From Craspedostauros australis (lineage: Eukaryota), in contig JALAGF010004058.1 of assembly GCA_030167865.1 (NCBI GenBank), positions 1 to 37,089 on the forward strand: a stretch of 37,089 nucleotides of DNA, in the 5' to 3' direction. Position 1 is the stretch's first letter, and each line of letters begins with the position of its first letter. Under the pieces are notes generated by a model. That model ran no database searches and was not told the DNA's origin. It was given only the letters and a program-made list of their open reading frames with translations. Both the position numbers and the translations under genes were made by a program. This document shows, one piece after another, positions 11,862-22,095 of this stretch.

Positions 11862-11886
11862 CTGAGGAGGGTCGCCTCGAAAGCTT
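11862..11886 (+). ncRNA. Minimal type-I hammerhead ribozyme-like core (Penelope/retrozyme type), helix I poorly paired
   Basis: CTGAGGA-[GGG TCGC CTC]-GAA-AGCT-T, i.e. a CUGANGA box, a 3-bp helix II closed by G-C, GAAA and a palindromic AGCU in place of helix III. Confidence 0.45.
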
Positions 11887-13489
11887 GAACGGCGCCAGCA
11901 TACAGCGAGCCATACCAGGCCGACTGCGCTCGAACGACTCACCTAGATCTCTCACTCCCGGGTCTACCGCTGGGTTGTCAATCCCCATGGGCCATAATAC
12001 GTATGAGTTGAGATTCAATAAGGGACAGACTACTACCGGACACGGTATCAACCCGATGGGAGAAATTCTTGTTTTGGCGCGAAATCTTCCGACTTGATTG
12101 ACCACCAAATGTTTTCTCCTCCTTTCTCTCCTCCATTCACGAATCCATCATGACTCAAGCATGGCCGACCTGACTCACACCTCACCTTGGGAACTATGTG
12201 CTCCTCAGATCCTTTTACTACAATATACCTCGATTCCCTTCATGCTGACGACTACTGCATCACAGCCGTAGCCATGACGCGTGTATCCAATCTGCTTCAA
12301 CTCAAGCAATGGAATCCGAGGGTCAGCTCCAACCACAGCCACTGCTTCATGACTGTCACCAACATGCGTCATGGCCTACACTGCAGTGTATCTACATGTG
12401 TGGAGAGCAAGGCACTGTTATTATCATCTACCCTTGAACACTGAACCAAGTACATCAGTGCAGGGTCTCGCCAAGTTGTGTGGCATCGTTTCTTCACCCT
12501 ACTAAGACTACAAAGCTAACTCATGTAAACAGACAAGGATTAGCTACAAAGCGCTCTTCTACTCATCGTTACAGTAACAACTCTTCAATCAGTACACCTC
12601 TCTTGAACTGCATCACACGGCTATCCCAAAGCCGGCAGATCCAAGAGGCATCCTCCACCGATTCGCGCCGTCTACGCCCGAATCCTAACTGTATGTCAGG
12701 AATCGAGGGTGCGACTATGTCGTGTTATTCTAGATTGCCGCACCTCTCATAGTACCAAAAATAGACTGACCGATCTACCAAAGTCGGACACACTCCCAAG
12801 TCGATTGTGAGTCATCCTCCTCTGTGTGTCAAGAATAGGACGGACGAAGGACAGACTAAAGTTGTAACATGTTTTGAGATGATTGACGAACCAACATGGC
12901 GAACAGTGGATGCAAAAGGGAGACTGGAACACCGAAGTGTTCCAAGCACGAGGGTTGACCAGTCGAACCGAAACATCTATGTAAAAACGCTATCACTGTT
13001 GTATCAATCAGAACCCAGAACATGATTACATGACTGACAGAGAACCGCCGAAGGAGAACAAAGCGCGGACTGGAACAGCATCGAAGGACTGGACTGATCG
13101 TGCCAGAACTCCATGTTCTGAACCAAGTGTGACCACCAGTGAACATGTGAGAAGAGTGAGTGAACAACACGGAAGAGTGCACTGGATGAGTGATGGATGC
13201 CTGATCGGAAGAGAGTGAATCTCAGCATCGGTATGTATGCACCGTGGGAGTGTAGGAGGAAACCTCTATGAATGAGTGTGATGATATGCACCTGTCATGA
13301 GCAATGAGATGTGAATGACGGAGAGGGTTTGCTATGATGATTACAGGAGCAACTACAGGGTGCAACCAGCATCATCATGGGCGAGCGACTTGGGGGAATT
13401 GGGGAATGAAGATGTTGTTCTCACAGTTCTAAAACGGTACAGTTTAATAAGGGTTAAACTACAGTATCTATACCTCGGATTTCCAACAT

Positions 13490-14600
13490 ACGTACCACAC
13501 TGGGCATCCGGTTCTCACCGCGATGCACTTCACTCTCTTTTTATTGATTCGAAAGACTTCGCTGCCGGACTTGGTGTTTTGTGCTGCTGCGTCCTGGCTT
13601 GCTCGTCCCTCTTTGTCGCTGTTGTCTGATCGGGCTGGCACTATGTCTCCGCAACCCTGCTTGCCGGGATGCCCTCACATACTGTACCCATAGCACTTGA
13701 TTGACGACCGACTGCTGTCGGACTGCTGTCTCTGTAGTGAGCGCCAGCAATCGAACATCGTCTCCTGTAATCCCTTGCCATACTTTCCTCCACTCTTCTC
13801 GCACAGTCATCGCTGCTTCTCGGGAGGCTCTTGTCATCGCCATTGCCTGATCACTTTCGTGCAGCACCTTCTTTCAAACCATCCACGCCTTCCATTGCAC
13901 CTCCCGCAATCTCGCCATCACCTTCGCGATCCAATTGGCGGGCATGTCGGGCTGTTCGTTGGGCTCCATCGTCTGTTCCGGGATCTCCTGCCACCTCGTG
14001 GACCACCGTCCTCGTACCATCATGCCCCAACCCATCTCCGTTTGTTCCAACACCGCTTTCTGGAGCTGGGGGGCACCTCACTGCGGATTTCCGTGCCTTC
14101 GCTCCACACCCAGATCTGTTTCACCAGTTCTCGCATCATCAACATGCTACCTCAGGCTGCCATCATCGCTATTTCTCATTCTTTCATCGCCACTCTCCGC
14201 ACTGACATCACCAATGGATGTTGGCACTGCATCATGTGCTCTGTGGTCTCCTCTTGATCCTTGCACACCAGGCACTTGCTATTCGCCCAGGATTTCCACC
14301 CGTGCATATTGCGCCCGACCGGTCCGAAGCTACATGCGTGCTTCACCACCCATTTTCGACATGACGGGGTCAGCCGTGCCATCGCCGGTCTAGTGGCCAC
14401 GACATCCACTTTCACAGCTTGCCCATCTTGGATCCTGCTCACCTTGTGCTGCCATCACACTGTCTTTTGCCCTTGTATGTAGCAGCATATCATCATTGCT
14501 GTAGCATCTGTGCATACCTTCTTGTTGCCTAGCCACATTGCCCATTCCTCCTTGGGCCATTCCTCATCCCTGTACTCATTTTTGCTTGATTGTGTGTCGA
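13490..14600 (-). mobile_element. Degenerate 5'-truncated non-LTR retrotransposon (LINE ORF2 C-terminus with CCHC zinc knuckle)
   Basis: Stitched minus-strand translation reads WAMWLGNKKV...RKWVVKHACSFGPVGRNM..W...SKCLVCKDQEETTEHMMQC...QLQKAVLEQTEMGWGMMVRGRWSTRWQ...WKAWMV*KKVLH. It has four TGA stops, one frameshift in a C6 run near 14070, and AATAAA near 13545. Confidence 0.82.
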
Positions 14601-16094
14601 GATGTACATGTGAGTATATGTCAAGATGTACATGTATATGTGCATCGTTCACCCGCTATTCTCTCATTCGCACTTGGACGGTATAACTACATTCGTGTCA
14701 ATAGTATGCTGTGATTCGTCAGAATTACAGTGGAAATGGAACACACGAAAATGAGCAGAATTTCTGGAGGAAATTTGCAATCGACGATTTCTGAGAGAAT
14801 AAGAAATATCGTCCGTCCATCCATCAAGGAAGACGTATGGTACCAAGCGAATCTCGAGGTACTTCCCAACTAAACCTCAGATGACAATATCATCTGACAG
14901 ACCGCTGCATCACCAATGGAACATGACATCTGGAGAGCAGAAGGATGCCTACTGATGTTGACAGGATGTCATTGTGTCACCACGTCAACATCTGTCTCCA
15001 GGTCAGAGCAGGAGGCGAAGATCCAATGACCGAAGGGCATCAAGATCATGGATACAGAAGGTGAAGTTCAAATGGTAAGTACTCATGGAGTAGGAACCAG
15101 GAATGAACAAATGAAGTATCGAATGCGGAGTACACATCGAACGTGAAGTATCGTGTAGCACGAGTACATGATATTGAGAGAGAATACGAAGAGTAGCGAG
15201 AGAGCATCTTGCTCACCGACTCATAGTCAGAGACTGAATCTACAAAACAGGCAAACGCACCAAGAGCATCAGGCAAGAGAGAGGACACCAAGAGGATTGG
15301 AGTAGCCAAGTAATGAAATAGCAAACGAACGACTATCAACAACACCGTCTTCCACGATTGTAGACCTCCATGGCATCACCATGTTCAAGAATGTTATGCC
15401 AGAAGGTACTGGCATCACCGGAGAAAAAACCCTGAGCTCTTGTAGTGGCCTCTGTGCAAAGCAGTGGGCAAGCTGCCATGGAGGTAGTTGGCCACAGCGA
15501 ACGTGAGAAGACGCTGCTGTGTCATGAGTTGCTCAGCGATGATGATGAGGACAGTAGAGGTGGCTACCTCGCGGCGGTGTTGGAGGAAAGAGGAGCAATC
15601 CATGATGATAGAGCAGATGCCAACAATATGTAAGGAAACGCTGATCATACTCCAAGGTCTTGGAACAAGCTACATGGCGGAAGGGCATGACGTGCATGGA
15701 AGGAGATGGACAAATGACGCATGTAGATGGTACAAACGAGGGACGAAGTCAAGAGTAGCGCGACGATACATCCACGACAGAGGCCGATAAAAACTGATGT
15801 CAACGCATGTGAGAGAAGAAATCACAGAAACTCCAAAATTGCCGTCAGAGGGAGCGATTTGAGAGGAAGGGACGAGATGAGATCCGGACGAAAAGGTAGA
15901 GCTGAGTCATGAACGCTCTTTTGGGGGCATTCATATTTGCGGACAAGGAGTTCATAATTGTTTCGATTGACGTTATACAGACGTTGACCCCCCATATCTG
16001 AAGGAGCTTAAAGGTATCTTGTGCCTTAAATGAAGCGATATGGTTTGTCGCGTGAGGCCCAGATTATGAAATTATGACCCTTGCCATCACCTCC

Positions 16095-17971
16095 ATTGTC
16101 TGTTCCGCGACGCGGGGTTCGAAAGCGTCCCAACATCGCATGCATTTGACATCTGTGAATAGAAGGGGACACGATGCAACTTTCGCAACATCGCAATTTT
16201 GGAGCGACCCAGCAACACACGCACATTGATGGCAAGCAAGAAACGGAGGAGTGGGCAAGTGTGAAGCGAAGGAGGGAAGCAAACACAGACAGACACCACC
16301 GATCCTCCAGCGGTCACCAAAAGAACGTTGAAAGGTGACGGCTCTGCCTCTGTGGGTCATCATCAAACAATCACACTATTCTCAAAGAGGACAGCATGGT
16401 GCTCTCTTGGAATGCGCACAAACGCACACTGCAGTTGCATCCATCAATGCGTACAGTATGTAATTCCACACTCGTAGTCGTACGCACAGGCTGCTGCCAC
16501 CAACACAGTCTCTCCACCCAACTCTGTTTGAACTCAAATGAACCCAAATCGAAACCATTCCTTCAATCTCACAAATCTCGAACTTGGCCAAACCAACAAC
16601 CAACCACCAAATCAACAACCGACAATCAACAAACAACAAACAACAAACAACAACCAACAACCAACATGATGATCATCAACAACCGCTTCACTCTCTCCTT
16701 CGTTCTGGCACTCGCCGCCGTCACGGCACCATCCTCTGTCCAGGCCAACACCATCACGAATAAGCAGAAGAGGGAATGGCGCAGAAACGCTCGACGTGCC
16801 GCACAACAGTGCGAGGAGTACCAAAATCAGAGTGTTCTATCGCGCATCATCGTGGTGCAGAAGTGCACCGAAGGCGGACACACTGCCACGGTCGCCATCC
16901 GCGACAAGGGTACCAAGGTGGAGCTTGGTCTCGTCAAGTTCGCATGTGACAGCACCACCAAGGTGATGTGCGGACCACGCTGCGGCGCCGGCCATGGTGG
17001 CTGCGCAGACGACGCCTGGTGCAGTCCTTTCGAGACCTTTGGATACTCCGTCTGCGTCGACTATGTCGCCATCGGCGAGAGCTGCAGCTCTATCCGCTCT
17101 TCGGGACAGGGACCCAGATGCAACCCAGCCACCAGCGTGTGCGTTTATCCATCGCACGCCTCCCTCATGGCAAGTCTTCCAGGTACATGTGAGGTAGAGT
17201 GCAAGGGGGACAGGGACTGCGGCGAGAATCAATGGTGCCAGCTGCAAGACAACACCATCGCAAAGCCATCGCAAAAGCCCATGCAGGAGCTGAGCATCTG
17301 CGTCGACTACGCCGGTGAGGATGAGTCCTGCAGCAGCTACAATATGATCGAAGACCAACGTCGTTGCAACCCCAACGCCATGGAATGCATCGTCGAGGAT
17401 CCCATGCTCACCGATGCCCCAGGCAAATGCAAGCTCCGTTGCGAGTCGGGGCAGGGTTGCGGCGAAGGCAAGGCGTGCAACGAGGGTCTTTGCTTCGACA
17501 CGTGCGACGGAGACGAAGACTGTCCCAATGACAACTACTGGTGCCGCGCCAAGAGGAACAATAACGTATCGGTCTGCACATTGGTTGTGGGAGAAGGCGA
17601 GACGTGCGGAGCCATCGGATATCCGTCGATGGAGGAGCGTTGCTCGAAATCCCTTTCGTGTATGGAGAACCCGAACGGAAGCAACACGTGCCAGGTTCCG
17701 GCCCCTCTTCCTGTTGATGACCCCACCCCGATCGATGAAGGAAACAACTAGGCGCGCGTCCGATAGTATGGCGCGCTCGAGGAAGTCCAACTGAGGCCAT
17801 AGGTGGAGCAGGCACCGCAAACACATAACAATATTCAGAAGCAACTGCACAATGCTATACAAAGACATACCCGTAGCTCGTTTTTGTTGTATCCGTCCTC
17901 TTCTCAACAGCGCATCGACACCAATAGCAAGTCTCGCTTGAACTCGCGAAACGAGAGGCGATTCCGAGACC
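16095..17971 (+). repeat. Duplicated unit, copy 2
   Basis: Same orientation as and colinear with 9882-11800. Confidence 0.93.
16666..17751 (+). CDS. Secreted cysteine-rich repeat protein, copy 2 (361 aa, 32 Cys)
   Basis: Paralog of 10486-11580 with a near-identical signal peptide, all 32 Cys in register, an intact frame and a 3-aa in-frame deletion. Confidence 0.9.
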   Translation: MMIINNRFTLSFVLALAAVTAPSSVQANTITNKQKREWRRNARRAAQQCEEYQNQSVLSRIIVVQKCTEGGHTATVAIRDKGTKVELGLVKFACDSTTKVMCGPRCGAGHGGCADDAWCSPFETFGYSVCVDYVAIGESCSSIRSSGQGPRCNPATSVCVYPSHASLMASLPGTCEVECKGDRDCGENQWCQLQDNTIAKPSQKPMQELSICVDYAGEDESCSSYNMIEDQRRCNPNAMECIVEDPMLTDAPGKCKLRCESGQGCGEGKACNEGLCFDTCDGDEDCPNDNYWCRAKRNNNVSVCTLVVGEGETCGAIGYPSMEERCSKSLSCMENPNGSNTCQVPAPLPVDDPTPIDEGNN

Positions 17972-18396
17972 AACGAACCGTCTGTTTTCAATCACGAACG
18001 ATACACGAACAGAATATTCGTGACCCATACATTTCCAGTCCTGTGTATGTTGACTGATCCGATTGAATTCGACGACGGATCCAAGCCTGAGTGTATCTTT
18101 TCATTTTGCCCCAGAAACAAAGGCCGACGACGATACGCACGAACTTCATCGAGAAAATCCAGCGACGACACGCAGAACGGCGACGTCAACAGATGGAGCA
18201 ACGAACCGACAACACGACAACAGAAAAGATCGGCTGCTTCGTTTCAACACGCACGTGAATCTGTTCGTTTTTTTGTTTTCGTAAGATCTTTTGGTGGGAG
18301 AAAGCTCCATGCGTAACATTCATAATTCTTGAATCGGCGCTTGTCAAACGAAGACGAGCTCCCCTTGGCAGCAACACAACAGAAGCAACAACAACC

Positions 18397-20423
18397 ATGA
18401 CGACCCCGCAATGTGTGCTCGATCGCAACCTCGTGAATGAGAATACCATCACGCAGATGAAGGACATGGGACTGTCCATCTTTGCAGGTGGCTGCGGCAA
18501 GAATCGCGGTGCCTTCGTCCTCGATGAGCCGGATGGTCACACCTACTCCTGGTACGTGTGTTGCGTGTGCAGTCGCTCCGACTGGCCTGCCTTCGTCGTT
18601 ATCTGGATGGGTGCACGGATCAGGCGTGGCTGTGTTGGTCGGATGCGGCGGCTAGGCGACTCTGAGAACATGCCGATGAAGCATGGCCACGAGAATCGAA
18701 AAAGATGAGGAACTCACAACAAGCTTCGCTTCTTCCTCCAAATTCCGTTTTGTTGGCATATAACACACGAATGTTCGCACCATGGCATGGCATTGGCAGC
18801 CTCGATCTGCCAGCAAGCTTCTCCGAACTGGCGGGCATCGAGATCAAGGAGGTGAACGACATCAAGAACGGGTACCTGAATGGCGACATCAGCCCCAAGA
18901 TCACCGTCGATCTGCTCGATCTCCTCGTGCGTCACATGTACAGCTCCACGCCCAACAACGACAAGACCCTCTACTCGTGCGACTTCAGCGGACTGACCAC
19001 CCTGGAGGGCTGCCCTCCAGCCCCGGCCTTGCCATTCCCAAAGCTGCCGATCCGCGCCGTCTCCATGTCCGGAGTCTTCGCTCCCACCGAATTTCTGACC
19101 AAGCCGTACGAATCCCTGACAACGCAGCAGGCAGCCACCTTCTACACCGATGGCGACTTCGCCGAGATGGCAGCCGCAGGCATCAACACCGTGCAGATCC
19201 CAATCCCCATCTCCATGATCGCCCAGGACACGGAGGCCACCGCCGTGCTCGTCGACTACCTCGGCCTCATCGCCAAGCACAACATGCTTGCCTTCATCTT
19301 GCTTGGGTCGGACCCCACCACGGTCAGCGGCGCGATCAACGCGCACGCCGTCGCGGCTGCCAACTTCTGCCTCAACCACAAGGACGTCATCATGGGCATG
19401 CGCCTTCCAATCAAGAGCCGCACCATGATGGACGATGTGCAGCAGATGACGACCACGCAGCTCCCCATCTTCTTCCCAATCAACGAGGGCGAGATCGAGG
19501 GCTTCGATATCAAGTGGAAGCAGGGTGCCTACCCCGACATGATCTTCGCGGCCTTGGAGATGTCCCACGCCTCCACCGTGGCCGACATTGCCAGTTCCAG
19601 CAGCAGGGAGGACCGATCCAAGATGTTCTTCCACGAGGCCACCTCCTGCATCATCCGCGCGCCGATGGAATTCGGAAACTGCTACGCGGGCAACACCGGC
19701 ATCTTCGTCACCAGCGGCTTCGACCTCGGCGTCGATAACTGCATCTTCAAGGATCTGGCCAACTCCACCATCCCCTTCAAGGATTACGGACAGTGCGACC
19801 GATTCGACGAGACCATCGACAGCCCATGGTGGCACCGTCACCGCCAGAGCCTCGCCGCGCGTCAGATCTACGCCTACGAGCAGGGCCTGGGCTGGTCCTT
19901 TGCCGCATGGAAGCTCTTCCAGCCTGCCGTCCCCGGCGTCGTCTCCGAGCCGGTCGATCTCCTCTCCCTGCAGACCATCATCGCGGCCGACCTGTGGCCT
20001 TCGCCGCTCGGCGCCACCGCCGATTCCCTGGCCTGCCTCAACCCGCCCGAGACCGATTTCATCATGGGCGATGACACCTACGCACCCACCGTGGGACCGC
20101 CACCGGACTGCGGCAACGGATGGTGGAACTTCGACACGAAGCAGTGCGACTACTGGGTCCCACCGATCACCGATCCCCCCACTGCGCAGCCCACCATCTC
20201 GTGTCCCGAGTGCGAGGACTGCGAGGCCGCTGTCGATATCGCCATCGCGCAGCACGAGGAGGAGTTTGAGGATTGGGAGCACACCGCGGAGCGCTTTGCC
20301 GGATCCGTGCTGGCTGGCCTCCTGTTGGGTCTCATCTTGGGTTGCCTCATTCCCAAGTGCATCACGTCGCGTCGCAACAGTTCGGAAGGATACGAGAACG
20401 TTCCGGACAGCGCATTGACGTAA
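18397..20423 (+). CDS. GH5 exo-1,3-beta-glucanase-like protein with C-terminal TM helix; exons 18397-18551 and 18800-20423 (a further 5' exon is possible)
   Basis: IRAVSMSG, TFYTDGDFAEMAAAGINTVQIPI and QIYAYEQGLGWSFAAWK resemble GH5 exoglucanase motifs. A phase-2 intron TG|GTACGT...GGCAG|C keeps the frame. TM segment FAGSVLAGLLLGLILGCLI, tail YENV. Confidence 0.75.
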
Positions 20424-21012
20424 AGCATCGTCATCACGATGCCATATAATATGAGGACATGAAGACAATACGCTACTCCACAGTGCATCGCGCCGTCATC
20501 TCTGCTACGCTACGAACGATGCGCTGCGATGCGATACCATGCGACAAACTCGGATACGATGATTGAGTTTGGGTACCCCAATGAACAGGCAGGGTTGTGA
20601 AACTGTAGAATTAACTCCAGACCACCCCAGTCGATTCACATGGATGATACTAGTACAATACATACGAAGCAATGAATATGATGGTAGGAATACTGCTAAC
20701 GAAAGGCCGTCACTACCGACCTCTGCTGTCGTCGCCACAGTGTTATTCCAATGGGACTCGTCTCTCTGCACTCAACCTACGTACCAGTGACGTGATCTCT
20801 GTCTGTCTCGTTGCGTCCTCTATCTACACACACATCCGTAGACACGTCATGGCTAAGGGCCGTTTCACTCGCTTCGCGCATGCGGCTATGTTCGTGATAC
20901 ATATTCTACAATAGTAAGTTATGAAAGAACTGTGCTAGAGAGAGAGAGAGTGGGTGTTGCTCCTTGAATCCTGCTCTACTCTATTACTCTATCCCGAACG
21001 ATTCGGTCCATC

Positions 21013-22095
21013 TCACTCCTTCGATCGAAGCGACGGTGGTCGGAACAGGAAGGGTGGAGCCGGCAGCACAATGGCAGGATGTCTGTGCTGCGTGCTGATC
21101 GGACTCATCTTGCGGGTGGGGAACAGCAGCTCGGCCGAAGACGACGATGTCATGGACGACGAGGATGTGCTGCCGCAGTGTTCCGGGAAGGCATCCCAGC
21201 GGCTGCTGCTGCTGATCAGCGTGTCGTAGTCGTCATCGCTGTCGGGTGACACGACCATGGAATTGAGTCGCGATGATCCGCATTCAACGTCATTGAGGCA
21301 GATCGTCTCGTCCGGTGACATCATGAGGGTCAGGAAGTCGTTGGGGGACATGGATCGGCTTGGTGACATGCGCGGTGATGCGTACGTCGGTGATGTTGTC
21401 CGCGATTCTGCCTTGGCAGGCGACAGTATCAGGGGCAGCTCGCGCATGATGGAAGTTCCGCATGGTGCGCAGATGGGAAGTTCGCTGCAGCTGTGAATGA
21501 GGCTGCGATCCACAGTCTGCCGCGCATCGCCCATGCGCGTCGTCACCGGCGACGAGTTGCGACGCGGGTACAAGGGTGCCTTGGGACAGGACGAGTTGTG
21601 CTGCGTCCACTTGCGATTCTGCTTCGTGGGCGGTGATGCGGACAGCGCCGGAAAGAAGGCCTGCAAGCTGTGCCTTCGTATCAGCGTCGCACGTGGGAAC
21701 TCCTCGCCATGCACGATGGTGGATCGTTGCAACGCGGGTGGGAACAAGCCGGGATGGATGGCATCGCTGTTGCTGTCAACGCCGCTGTATCCTTGAGTTC
21801 GCCGTATCGAAAACTGCCGCTGACCATCGTATCGCTGTTCATGCTGATGCTGAGCCATGCCATGGCCACCTGCTCGATCCGTCACCAAAGCGAAGGTCGT
21901 GATTCCCCCAGAGTTCATGCCCAAGTTCTTCCCAAAGTTCTCCCGTAAGAAGTGTTCCATCGCCGTTGTGGTCATCGAAGAGGATGATGAAGGTGACGCT
22001 GACGCTGCCATTGATGATGATGATGATGATGATGACGACGACGACGACGTCTGCGATGGTGCTACCTGCTGCGAGTGAGTTGGTGATCCGCACAT
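21013..22095 (-). CDS. Ser-rich, likely disordered hypothetical protein (start uncertain)
   Basis: Long ORF with poly-Ser and short motifs LVTDRA, PLYPRRNSS, SSRWD and PTRKMS, of a kind common in diatom hypothetical proteins. No domain recognised. Confidence 0.65.
   Translation of the reverse strand: MCGSPTHSQQVAPSQTSSSSSSSSSSSSMAASASPSSSSSMTTTAMEHFLRENFGKNLGMNSGGITTFALVTDRAGGHGMAQHQHEQRYDGQRQFSIRRTQGYSGVDSNSDAIHPGLFPPALQRSTIVHGEEFPRATLIRRHSLQAFFPALSASPPTKQNRKWTQHNSSCPKAPLYPRRNSSPVTTRMGDARQTVDRSLIHSCSELPICAPCGTSIMRELPLILSPAKAESRTTSPTYASPRMSPSRSMSPNDFLTLMMSPDETICLNDVECGSSRLNSMVVSPDSDDDYDTLISSSSRWDAFPEHCGSTSSSSMTSSSSAELLFPTRKMSPISTQHRHPAIVLPAPPFLFRPPSLRSKE

Noticed and set aside
22012-22050. 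Microsatellites and short tandem repeats: (GAT)n/(GAC)n here, (GA)n near 6236-6300, 9-mer x3 near 1660, 12-mer x3 near 22672
   Set aside because: Ordinary slippage repeats; the one here encodes poly-Ser.
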